From Chrysomallon squamiferum (lineage: Eukaryota > Animalia > Mollusca), in NCBI GenBank assembly GCA_012295275.1, contig CM022673.1, positions 16,616,001 through 16,680,000 on the forward strand: DNA of 64,000 bases. Direction: 5' to 3'. The position numbers were made by a program, and so were the translations under genes. Position 1 is the stretch's first letter, and every line of letters begins with the position of its first letter. The notes beneath the pieces are model-generated. The model worked only from the letters and a program-made list of their open reading frames with translations, did not search any database and was not told where the DNA came from. Shown here piece by piece: positions 43,867 to 57,845 of the stretch.

Positions 43867-46800
43867 AGAAAAAATCTGAGGTCATAAAATAATATGAAAA
43901 AGACATGGAAGGATGTTTACTGACAAGATTTTGTATGTCAGTGTCATTACAATGATAAAATTTTAATTGCTAGTAAAAATCTTACCTACGTTGAAGTTTG
44001 ACAGGTCAGTAAAGAGAAATACAAATGGGAAGTGGGTTTTGTACTTACATTTGTTTCATGGATGACTCCTAATGATAACAAATATAAAATTTAATTATTC
44101 ATTTCTTAGTTTCAGTCAAATGTATTTTATTATTTTATTGGTTTCACTTGTAATAATTATTTTAGTCTCTTTTTCTTTTTCTTTTTTTTAGTTTTGTTTT
44201 GTTTAAAGCAACAGTATAATTAATATGAGAATTAACTGATTATATCATTTCCTGTATATTTTAATTTGAAATATATTTCTAAAGTATAAATTTATTGAAG
44301 TTGAATAACTTTTATATAATGTCAATTATTGACTTTTATAATAATTTTCTTTATTATGACTATTTTATATATTTTCAAGTACATTATTTGATATATATAT
44401 TTTATTGTAAATTAATTTGGAATTAATATTTTGATTATTTACTAAAAATAGATTTTAACATTTTTTGCAAAGACTGGCTAAATTCTTGAATTTATTAAAA
44501 TATAAAATATTTTGTTTTCAAAAGGTTCTAATATTCTTCTTTTTTCTTTTTTACTTTACAGTAAAATCAGCCTTGGTAAGTGATTTTCAAATATCTACAA
44601 AACCATTTGATTTTAGTTAAAATAGTTTACTGTGAAAACATGGGTAACATATGTTTAATTTGTTCTGAATTTTTTAATTTCTTAAACTCTGTGGCCCCTT
44701 CTGCCAAAATCAGTAGCACTGATATTGTGCATAACATTTTTTTTTTTGGAAAACTTTTAAAAAGCATTGGTTTTCCTTTCAAATAATACTAAATCATAAC
44801 AATCCATCAGCTGGTTCCAGAGCTCAGAATTCATTCATATTTCTGATTTGAAAAATTGGTCTGATAAAGTGTATTTTCCATGTATCAGCATAACAGGCAT
44901 TCATCTAACTGTATATAATTATATATTTAATTTAGAAAGTGATAAAATTAGCATTAAATATTGTTGAACTAATAATACAGGGTGCTACACTGAAGGTATA
45001 TTCCTTTATCAGACCTTGTAGTACAGAGGCTGTGTTTCCTTTTAATAATATTAATTCTAAATGGTAATTAAACCTTCTGCAGGTTGGAAGACATTTCAGC
45101 CAATAATTGAACAACAGTAGCAATAAACAAACAAATAAATAAATATGTAAACAAATAATGAAAATTAATAATTTCCCAGATACAGATTTCTAATGTTCTA
45201 TGTAACAGGCTTTTCTGTGTTTAGCTATATTACATAAACTACCACAGTTTACTGACAGATGGGATTTTAATTAGATTTTTCTAAAATAGAAAATAATGTA
45301 AATATCCTGGGTGGATCTCTGAACATGCTAGAAAGTAAACTGAAGATTAACATGTGGATAATACCAGACAGTAGTTCATTGTTGAAGAATGGAGGTTTGA
45401 GTTCTCACTGTGTCACATTCATTTTTGAATCTCTTCAGTTTTGGATCCAGTTTTCTAAAAGTGCTTCTCTGGTTTTTCAAAGAATGTGTATCACATTTTA
45501 GATAATACCTTTTTCTTTAATTATTGACATATTTGTTGGATATTTTATCAGTTAATCTGGTTATAAGCCCTAGGGCAGTTAAGAAGGTGTTTCTGATTTC
45601 ACAGAAATTTAATGTTTGCAAATTGGTGACATTGCTATAGGAGCAAAGTATAAACAATGAAAGTTTTAGCATTGCTCAACAAGATATTAAATTTTGAATT
45701 AAAATGTTCATGTGAAAAGATTAGAAATAACTGTTAATGTTCTTACTTGGAGGATGTAATATTTATAAATTCAGTTAATTATTTTTGGTTAAGAATTGAT
45801 ATGGTGAAATTATACAACAGATCAAATTAAAAGTGATGTGGATTTTCTAATGATGTGCAAGGAATTTTCAGGAACTGTTTTTGTGAACTTATATTTTGGA
45901 TTAAATCAAAAGATATGCCTCTCTTTATTGTAATGAAATTCACTGAAGACCAATTGTAGTTTAATCCACAACACCACAATTTATTAGATTATATATGAAT
46001 TGATTGTTCTTGAAAACATACAGATTTGTTTGCTTTTAAAACTAATTAAAAAAAAGAAAGGAAAAAAAGTATTTTTATTAACATAACATTCTTAATTTGA
46101 CATGTGGTTTGTTCTTTTCATTTGATGTAACCACCTATTGTTTAGAAAGAAAGAAGATTTATTTGAAGATTGTTTCAAGGTAGTTTTGTAGTGCTGCCTA
46201 TTTAAACATCATTGTTTTGTTAGGTGCTCTGACTAGAGAGCATGCAGAGCTTAAAAAGATTTAAAACAATAAAAATGCCAGCATTATCCAAGTATTGAAC
46301 ATATTGTTTGAGTAATGTATAAACCTTGTTGTTTCTGGTGAAACATTTTAAAACAAATACTGTTATTTCTTCATAGAAGGGATGAAGAAGGTTTTTGAAA
46401 TCTTTGATATCTGCTTATGTAATGTATTCTTTAGCAATCATGGAAGTGTTTGATTACAGAAAATATTTATTTCCTGTGTGTATATTTTTGATTCTTTGAC
46501 TAATTGCTATAATAATAGCATGGAAAGGCAACTGGTTCATGACATTTCTTCAGCTAAGAAGACACAGGAAAAAATCCCAAATCTGTTCATTTAAAAGAGC
46601 TAAGCTGATAATGTGAAAGATCTGTTTGCATTTTGTGGATGTCTTATCTGAGTATTTCTGCAAAAAATGTGGATAATAATACTTTTTGTTTCATTATTGA
46701 TTTCGTTTTGCCCTTCATATTTGAATGTTAACAAATTGAACACATATTTTTGACCATCAAGTAAATAGAAAAATAAAACAAAAAAATAGAAATCATTTAA

Positions 46801-49800
46801 GAACAATTATATTTTTATGACAAGGAGATTGTCAGGATTGCAGACTTTATCTTAAAAACTTGCAATGCCACGAACAAAGGTTAGACTGAACTGGGCTGGA
46901 CTACCTGTAAGTAGCATTTGTTGCTTGTTTTTGAAGCAACATATGTTTGAAATGTAGAATATATTCACAACTATTAATATCAGATTTTGTTGTTTAATCC
47001 AAGAAAGATTGTTTAAAAAATCATGATTGAAAAAAAAAAAAAAAAAAAAAGAAATTAATAATAATTTATTTATTTATTATAATTATTTTATATTTTTTTT
47101 ATTTTTGTCTTTCTTGGAATTGATATAAATTACTAATTGTTTGTCTCATAAATATATCTGGTTAAATCTGTGTTAAATTGAAAAAACATGTTCAGTATGA
47201 AATGGAAAACAAAATACATTTTAGATATATACAGTGTACAAAACTAATCACCCAAATGAGTTTATGTAATTTTGATTCTTGAAAGCGATATGTAACAAAT
47301 TTTTATTTCTTCTTCATTCTTTAGTTCTCATCATCATTACTGTCTGTATAATGATATTTTGATATTTTTTATTCTCTTTTAATTTCTGGATGCAATGCTA
47401 CCAATTTTTTATTTTTTATTTTATTTTATTCCTGATGTGAAGAATTTTACTTTAGTCACTGAAACTTACCATTAATGTTAAAAGAATGCTGGAATACATT
47501 TTGAACATTTTTAAATTTTTCAGTTTTGAAAGGAAACATTATTAACATATATATATGTATTATAATTTTACAAGGCAAATGAGAAAAGAGGATTTTCAAG
47601 TCTTTTCCTTACTCTTTGTCTCTTCCAGTGCATCTATACATTGTCTAGATGTATGTACAGTCCATTACAGAAGATGTAAATCCACTTTGTGTACAGTGAA
47701 ATGTTGATAATCCAGGCAGTTCTTTTAAAAAAATGACCAAACAAGCAAATATCCTTAGTAGTAAATTGGATATAAACAGTAATCTCCCTTGAACTGTAAA
47801 GCAAACAAAACACATAAAATTGAAAACACTTATTTTATATAAAAGTACTCATTAATTAAAAACAGTTTTGAAGTATATAACAGTATAAGTATTTTACAGA
47901 ATATTATTTGTCACATAATAGTTTGATTGAAACACCATTTGAAGTTATGTATTTTTTCCAACCATTATTAATAGCATTTACAGTTAAAAAAAATTTGAAT
48001 TAAATATCTATTTGTAACCAAAAATGAAATCATTAACAGTTTCATTTAAGATAAATGTATTTTAATATTAGACATCAACAACTTTTGTATTATCAACAAA
48101 GAGTATTACTTGAAGGCCATGTGACACAATCCAGCCAATGAAAGAAAAGTTTAGAAAATACTCAAGATATCTTTAGTTAATCAACTATTAAAAACAAATG
48201 TTAATTATTTAATAAATTAGTGAAACTATTCAGATGTACTTTAAAGAAAAGAAAAATTGTGTGATGACCATTACTGTTCACAGTTAATGAAAAGCTGCTC
48301 TCTGTTTGTGATAAAATAATTTGTAGTTTTTAAACGGCCGCAGATGATAGGTGGTAAATGGCTATTAATTTTATTTTTTATTTTTTTTTTTTGATCGGTA
48401 TCCAGTTTGGGAAGCTGAATAGCTATGTTAACTAATGTATATATATGTTTTCTAGGCTACTGCTGTGTCAGATTTCAAGGTTTTGGTGTATATAGCCTCT
48501 TTTGCCACATTATTTATAATAAGCAGCAGAGTAATATTTCTTACTTTTCCATATTATGTTGCATTTATATGTGTATTTTGTTATTATTTTTTATTTAAAT
48601 TAGTTATATACATAAAATATTATTATTTAATTGCAAAGGGTTAAAAAATATTGCAATCAGTTATTAATGAATTACATCTATAAATAACATATCTACAGGT
48701 AAATATTTTTAATCCCACCCACAAATGCCCCTCTCCTGACACCCACACTTAATAACAGACCCACAAGGCCATGGGCAAATACCTTGCACTATGGATTAAC
48801 ATTTGTTAATGCAGAGTAGGGTGCAGAACATCAGAACAGTAATGAAATACAAACAACGTGAAAAGTTTGAAAAGTAATAAAATGAACTGTTATGTCTTGT
48901 TCATTTATAAGGTACCTGTTACAAAATCAGCAATACCAAGTATACACCTGTGCATGTTATATTTTATATGCTTCAGTACATGCAGTAAGGAAGAGCCATG
49001 TGTTGGAGCTGGTTGAGAGAATGTGTGTCTCAGTTATTAGTACACAAACTTTTGACTCAGTAGGTCACAGGATCTAATTCCCTCAGAGCACACATTCACC
49101 TATTTTCCTTTCTAACCAGTGTTCCCACTATGATATTAACATTCTGATGTTTTTACTTGGCAGCTAAAGGGGATAAAAATACTTACTCCCTCCTTGGATC
49201 TTGCTGTTGATAATAATTTTGCCATATGCTCATGGCAAAAAAAAATAAAAATTAAAATAAAATAATATAATATACATATATTTTATCTGTTTAAGGTGTT
49301 TCTCAACAAGATATTATAAATTAAACTGAAAAATAATATCCATATTGTTATGTGAGTAGTGTGTTTTTTTTTTCTGTGTTTTTTTTTTCTAAATTTCTAA
49401 GAGTTTTACTTCCTGGACACACTGCATTTTAAGTTAACTCTAAATAATCATAACTCTTTGGTGTCTAAGTGTGGAAAAGCTGTCAAAAAAACCCTTTCTT
49501 TGTGGAAAAATTATTGCTAAGTTAGTGCAAGAATAAACATAAAAACTGAGCATGGTTTACGTCACAAGTCTGAAAATATTTCAGCTAAGTTATTTTTTTC
49601 TTCTGAACGTGCAGTTTTGACAGGTTTCAAAAGAAATGGACAGCTTGTGTTCTCTGCAGTTAAAAATAGATCAGTTTGCACATTTGGACTGGAATCAAGA
49701 AAGTTGGGGAAAGTGTTATCATATACATGCACTGAATTGCTATAGGCTTGTAACTGTTGTTAGAATAGCTGTCTGCAGTGAATAAGAAAACTAACAGCAC

Positions 49801-52800
49801 ATGTATTTCAGAAAGAATCTAACTTAAATGACTGTTAGAAAAATAAAACCCTACAGAAAACAACAACAATACAATAATAATAATGTAATTCAGTTATAAT
49901 TAGAAGAAAGTGTGTGCTGTAAATTTATCAGTCTTTGTATTTTCAGTTGTATATGAACAAATAACATTACAACTCATCTCTGGATACTTTGCATATTTTA
50001 CTTAACTATTTCTTTTCTTTGGAATTTGATATCCTGAAATATTTTTTGATTTAATAACCAAGCATTATTAGAAAAATAGGAATAAATTAAATGACAACAG
50101 GGTTCAAAAATACATCAGCTACTTAGATGTCAGATACAAGTGTATAAATCTATTAATTAAAAAAATAGATTTCATTCTTCAGGAAATAAACAATATTTTA
50201 CTGATTGATTACTAAATGCTGTATTGTAACTAAATCTCCTTTTGAATTGTAAATAACAGCAGATGAATGTGAAAGTACATTACATTTGTTTCATCAGCAT
50301 AACAATACCTCAGTATTTTTGTGTATATTATTAGGTGTTAGTCATATGCCTCTGCAGTTTTAAGTGTCTGCCAGCAGCCTTTAGCCCCCACCAGCAAAAC
50401 CTATCCAGCCTGCAGAAGGACATAAACACTACTTAAATAAAGAAAACAGTATTCAGTCTTCATTATCATATATATTTATTTCTATTACTACTTAATTTGT
50501 ATTTTCTGGCTCATGTGAAGAAAAGTTGCTAATGCAGTACTAGATATTGTTTATAAAACTTTGTAAATGCATCTCTCAGTATTATTAGTGCAGCATTATT
50601 TTAAAATAATTGTTGGTTTAATATTAAAAGGGCTGATTATGTTGAATACATGAAGTAAAACAATACAACATCTTTTGTTAACATAAATACTGTAAATCCT
50701 TTTTTTATGTTACAGAACTGAAATTTGATGGAAATAATCCCCTTTTGTTACCACAAAAAACTAGCAATTGTTTATTTTTTTTAAAGAAATGGTTACTTTT
50801 ATTATATTTAATTTTTTTTAATATTATTGTACCCATTTCATTTTTTTTATAATGATAAAAAAGAAAAGAAAAAAAAAAAGTTTTTCATTATTATTTTAAA
50901 ACAACAGAAAGTTGGATAAAGGTTATATGACAAGAATAATGAATTTTTCCAAGGTTTTCTTTCTGTCATTTTGTAGTGTCTGTTTTTAAATATATGTATA
51001 AATATTCCAAATTTGGAAACTGTAGTGCAAGTAGAATCATGCAGCATCTTCCCAAAATTTTTAGAATAGTATGAAAAAAGATAGGTGATTAAAAAAAATA
51101 ATAAAGAAGGAAATTTTATAAACCATATTTCTGCTTATTATGACTATAGGGTGATTTTATGCATTATTATGCAATCTGTGCATATGCATATATTTTGAAA
51201 CGGTCATGTTGAAAAAAAAAAAAACTATTTTTGTCATTTTTCACCTACTATATTCCTGTAACAATACTATTTTAGATGGAACTTATAGGTTGTGTTCTGA
51301 TAGGCCCAATTTTATAGTTCTCTGAAGGAAGCATTATGAAAATTATCTGTCCTTAAAAGTTCAACTGTTGTGTAATCCAAAAATGAATTATATGATTAAC
51401 TTTATGCTTTTTATTTAAGACATTAACATCAGTATATATTTTTTATGTTTTATGAATGTTAACAGAATGATGTTGCGAATGATACTGAAGGTCGTCGCAT
51501 GTCCAAGTCAGCCTCTAAGCCTGTTGCAGATGGACCTGTAATCAAGAGTAAACCATCAAACCAGACTATTGTTGAAGGTAACTAAATATGTTTTATATAG
51601 TAAAACATTATTAAATAATATTGTTTACATTATAGAAATTTAATGCAAAAATTCACATCCAGAATGTGTCAGAATTATTGGAATTCTGGAAGGTTTTATT
51701 TTTTATTTTTTTATTTTTAAGATACTGGAAATGAATAAACTTTAATATTACATGTATGTGCTTATAAACATTGTACTTTTTTCATATTTTCTTTATAATA
51801 AGAAAGATAGAATATACAGAGATGTTTTCTGCTGGCTTGAAATATCCTGACATTTTGAATTAAATATTGGAATTACCTTATTCTGTTCAGGCGACAATCT
51901 TATGATTGATGTGGACATTGATCTGAAGGGTAAACCAATGCCTGCTGTTAAGTTTTTCCGAGCAGGAAGAGAACTGAGAGAAGATACCCGCACCTCTATT
52001 TCAACTGATCCAAATGGCCGAGCCTCTTTGTTAATCAAGAAGACGCGACTCACTGATGAAGCCAAGTACACAATAGTCCTGGAGCAGGATGGCATGTCCA
52101 CTGACACAGCCTCCTTCAGTATTTTTATCAAAGGTTTAAACATTTGAATTCTCACAATTCTTTAATAAAAACATGGTGGGATTTTCTATTTGTTTTAAAA
52201 ATATTGGACAAATATACAATTAATTTTTATTTGTTATTATTTCTGGGTTTTTTTAATTAGTAAATTCATTTTTAAAATTTAAATGACTTATATTGTTTAA
52301 TAATTTTTTTTATGTTGCTTAATATTTTATAGATATTATGATAACTGTTGAAATTATTTGTCATTTACATGTTTTGTGTTTGATCAAAAGCATTAAACTA
52401 AATATTGTTGTGTAAGTGTGATAATATTTTAATCTGTATATTTGTTGAACTCACTTGATAAGAGTATCCTGTGTAGAAATTGACACCTTTTAAAGAAAAT
52501 GAGAACATCACCATGAAGAAACCTCAGTTTCAGATAAAATTGTTATTTGATTTCGTAAATCTCCTGCCAAATTTATTTTTAAGTTGTTTGATAGTGGTTT
52601 TGGCAAAGATACTTGATAACACTAATAAATGTAGAAAAGAGTTAAGAGTTTAAATGTTTCACTGTACAGAATTGCATTTTACTAATTAAAAATATCCTTT
52701 AACTTTGGAGAAGTACTAATTCATTTTCACAATACAAAATAATTGCGTTTATACTTTTTCAGATCCTAAAGATTCCAGTTTAGATTTCCGATCTTTGTTA

Positions 52801-55800
52801 AAACACAGGTAAGCAGTTTAATTTCCACGTAACTAGAATATTTAGGAAATTGAAATAAAGGAATTTTTATGTGTATTTAAGGCCTTTTTTAAAAAACTTT
52901 TTTTTCCTTCTTTTTTTAAAGTGGATTTAATAGAACTCTTTAACTGTTTCTGGTCTTACACATTAAAGAGTACATTAGTCAAAACTTGCTGTGCAATTCT
53001 TGAACTGTTTTGAGTTCAACTGCATTCCATGTAAACATGCACACACATATCTAGCTGTGGGTAATTAATTGTTTTTCAGAGAACAAAACAAGAAACAAGC
53101 AGAAGACGACGATGTAGACTGGGGATCACTGAAGCCAGGTAGGATTCAAAACTTTAAACTCTTAAAAAGAAATTTTATAATACCATCAGTTGTTGCTTTT
53201 TTAGGCAAAAATTCTAAGAATTGTTTTATGATTTATTGGTTTATTGTGTATTCTATTATTATATAAAAAAAAAAAAAAATTATAGTTTAAATTAATTGTT
53301 TTAGTAATTTTCCTAAGTTTTTATTGGCAAAAATGTTTAAAATTGTTTTATAATTCATTGGATTATTTTGTATTCTATTAATATAAAATTTTCTGGTTTA
53401 AGATTTCAGTCATTTATTATTATTTGTACTTTTTCCTATTTTAATTTACTCATGTACTCTGTGTATTTCTATGTATGTTGTATTAAAAACAATGATCCCA
53501 AAATCCATAAGGTTAAGAATAAAAAATATAAAATATAAAATGTAGTTAATGTTTTATTAATTTTTTTTTTGTCATATGTGTGTTTTGTACTGTTTGATCA
53601 AATGATGTTTTCAAATACATTTTATGGTTTTGTGTTTTCATGATAAATTTATTATCTGGATATATGTTGAAGTCATGTGATCATGTTCCACAAAACCCAC
53701 TTTGAAAATGTCTTGTAAATATATGTCTGCAAAAATGTTTTTGTTTTTCTTTTTTTCAGAGATGGGTATATTTGTGGATGTCATAATGTAATGTCTGTGT
53801 CGTCTGTTTGTCTGCGTTTAGTTCTGCAAAGCTAATGTCTTTTTAAAAATGTAGTTGTCAAAAAGCTATTAAAATATAAATTATTTTAAAAAAATGTTTA
53901 AATTTAAATTTATCAAAAAAAGGTTTGCTGCCCCAACATTTTTTATATATATTTCTAAATTTAATATCCAAACAGTATTTTAAAACTACAATACTGAAGT
54001 AAAAAAGAAAATTTCTCCTATTTCTAAACTCTAAATGATGGACCATTCTGCACTTTGATTTCAGTCTGACAAATGAAAAATTATTAAAAAATGTACAGAA
54101 ATGACAAATGGTTACTGTTTTGATGTAATTATTTGTTGAAGATAATTAGCTTTGTGGTTTTGTTTTGAAAACAAGAAATGTTTTCATGTAATTGTGACAA
54201 CATAGCTCACATCACAATCCTTGTGTTCCATGAAATGGACATTTATATACTGGTTTTTGTATCTGTTTTTGTTTGCACTGGAACTGTTATTTGATTTTAA
54301 TATGACTGATGAAATGTTAATTTTTTTTCTTTGTTACTGAAAAATCTTTTTCCATTAATTTCTATTTTCACAGAAATTTAGTAAATATATAAGCTTGATA
54401 AAAAAAAAAGAGAGAAACTTATAAACAAATTCTGATATCATATTACTGGAAAACAGATTGTGATATGAACCAGTAAATGTATCTAGAATAGATTGTTTTG
54501 TGTTGTTTAACCATTTTCTTTTTGTTTATGTGTTAACAAGTATGTTCAGTCTTATTTGTAGATTTTAGGTGTATGTTAAATTTAACATAGTTTTGTCAAT
54601 ATTATTTCTTTGTATTTTTCAAACATAAATTGGTTACTTTATATTTGGCAGCTTCAAATCTTGTAGATAAAAATATACTTTAAATAATTTAATAAAGAAA
54701 AAATGATCTGACAAATACCCAGTATTTAAATTACTATTTAAGACTGAATCACATTTTCTGATTTTTGCTAGATTTATACCAAATACTTAATAAAATAATG
54801 AAGGGTGAATATAACTAATAATTTAAAAAAAAAAAAAAATGTATACTCTAAATAAAGTACATAACATATTTCTTTTCTGCATGTCTCCAACCAGGAAAGA
54901 AATTAATTTCATTAATATTACTTTTTGTTATTATTATTATACATGTTTAACTTGAAATAATAATGTTGAAGGTGAATTCTTTAACAAAAAATTAATGTTT
55001 AGTTTTAAATAACTGGATGGAAGTGTGTTTTAGCTTCTCAACAAGAATGCTGTAGTTGTTATCAGGCTGTTGATCTGTCAGAGACAGTATTTACTAAACA
55101 TGAAATTATTCAATGTTTTGAAACAAGCAATATTTCCAATACATTGTGAAAAACAGTTGAATATTGAATTAAAAAAAAAAAAAAAATTTTAGTTTCATAT
55201 AGTAGGGAAAAAACACAAATGATAATAATAAACAATAGGAAGTACTGATTACAAAGAGGATGATTTACCTGTCATTCCTTGGACAGACAGTATTCAGAAG
55301 AATTCATGTTTTAAAAATTCTTCTCTGTATTTACCTGATTTGATTTTACTTAGTTACACAAGGTAAATACTAGTGTAATTTAATGAAAAATAGCTTACAT
55401 TCATAAGTACATATATTACTCTTGAATGGACTGTATTTTGTAACTGATTGCTTAGAACTCTCTTAACCCTCATACTTGGCACTTTCTGAATGTAGCATTG
55501 ACTTCAGCACGTAACAACAATCTGTTGAATTTCAAGGTGAAGTTATTTGCATCAATCATGGAAATTAAACTGTCTACAGGAAACATACATTTCTGCTGAT
55601 TATCTATGTTCACATACAGTCTCATCTATTACTGGTTTATCTAGGTGTGTATTTTAAAATGTTCTCCTGGTAGATAGTGGTACTGTCTTAGCTCAGTTAA
55701 TACAGCATTGAACTCTCATACTGACAGACTTTGTTCAAATGCTTTGAAAGAATGTTCAATAAAAGGTATAGATTTATACTTTAGTAAAGATGTTTTTATT

Positions 55801-57814
55801 AAAAAGACAGTCCATTTATGGAGTAATTAATTCTCATTCTGAATGACTTGGATCAATGAATGAAGGTTGAATAAATTTAGTATATAATTACATGTTTATA
55901 ATTGACAGCATAATCCAGTATTTTATACACTGTATGTTATATTAGAACATTTTTTATTTATTAAATACACAGCCCTTTTGTAGCTAAATGTTAATTCTTA
56001 AATTCATAGGGAATCAAATTATGATTTGTTTTATATATTTTAATGTTATACATTGTTTAATTATTAGATTGCCAAACTTGTTTTTAAGTGAAAAATTATA
56101 AAACTTATTAACATCTAAAACTAAAAGAAATATTATTATATATTTTTTAACAATATGAGTAAGATAAAGTGATGTTCCTGTTTTTGTAATTTCAACAAAA
56201 TATTTTCTTATTCCTTTACCATAAAATTGTATGTAACAGTATATAATCATCTGTTTGTAACAATCTGCCTGATAGATTTTAATCTTACTTGAAGTTGGGA
56301 TCTTTCTAGCAATGTTTCACCACACAAGTTATATTTGAAATAAATGTTTACCCATTTTAAAATAGAATCTAGAAGATAGATAATGTTACCTAGGTAACTT
56401 GTGAGAAACAAAGATGATGTGTGAAATGTATATTTCTGGCAGTTGACCGAGGAAGGAGGCCGTCCCAGATTGAGCTGATGCGAATGCAGTTGAAAAAGGT
56501 GGAGAAGGAGGAAGGCAGTGACAGTGAGGGGGAAAAGGTAAGATGTTTGTTAAAGATAAAATGAGGTCAATTAGATGAATAATTTGTTTTCAGAACTGAC
56601 AGATGAAAATGCACATTAAATATAATTAACAGGTTATTTATTTTCAGCTATTAAAAAAAAAATTTTTTTTTTTTTTTTTCAGAAATATTTTTTCAGATTT
56701 TTATTAGCTTTTCCACAGGTGAAAGGTTTAGATGAAGAATAATTTAAATAATAATATATAAATGATGCCATAATACTTTCGTTTTCTTTCTTTTTCAGCA
56801 CTTGTGTCTTTTATTAGTAATGTAGAAGATACTGTGCCTTAAACTACTGTACAAAGAGCCCTTTTGAGATTTTTTAATAATGTGAATAATATTTGAAACT
56901 AAGCTGATTATTGCCTAGCTGAGTTACGTAACAGAACATTTAGCTTATCTAAAATTTATAATGAAGAGATCTCTTACCTAAAGAAGATAGGTTCTTTTTC
57001 TTTTTATTATCAGAGGATTTTTTCATTGAAAAATATACCTGAACTAATGATTATTTCTATGCCTTTCAAATGGAAATACAACATTATTAAAACTTTTTTT
57101 TTTTGAGGTTATCTACTGTCTTACAGTATTTTTCTAAATTTAATTACAAACAAGTTTATAGAAGTAGAAGAGCAAATTTTTCAAATTAGAAAATAGCCTT
57201 TTTATATCTGTGTCAATGCTTAAATCAGCAAGTTATTAGTGGAAAAGCTGTTAAGTCACTGGTTTAATATTATTATTATTATTTAAAAATGTAAAAAAAA
57301 ACCCACCCCAAAACATTAAATATTTTCCTTCCATATCCACTTCTTGAAATGTTTGATAATTATATAAAAGTAAGGATTGATCCCTACACAGTATCATTCT
57401 TATTTTATGATATATGCTACAATTTTGTATACTATTTGATCGTTTTCATGTAATTTCATTTTGTTACAGTATTCTGACTGGTGGCTCTTTAAATTACTTG
57501 CAGGTTTTTCACTTTGTATCAACTTCCATTTTTCTTCCCCCTTGCTTTCTCATTTCATCACATTTGTTTCCAAATTCTAAATATATTTCATTTCAGTATG
57601 TGGCTGTAATATTTATATCTGTCATGTTTGTGCTACTGATAAGTATTTGAGCTATAAAAAAAAAAAATAAAAAAAAACATTTAAAGAAAAAAAATATGAA
57701 AACTTTTATCCAAATTGGGAGCTTTGAATGTTTTTATTGTTGTTTTTTTCATTTTTGTTTTAAGTGGTTGTTGTTTGATTATTGTCTGCACATATATTAA
57801 CTTGATACACACTC

Positions 57815-57845
<31 letters not shown>

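Noticed and set aside
46377-46390. Possible microexon aagggatgaagaag
   Set aside because: Stop in phase 0, poor donor, incompatible with flanking phases
49020-55730. tRNA-like A/B-box fragments (about 49025-49085 and 55685-55710)
   Set aside because: Too degenerate for a cloverleaf; at most decayed SINE heads that cannot be delimited without a repeat library
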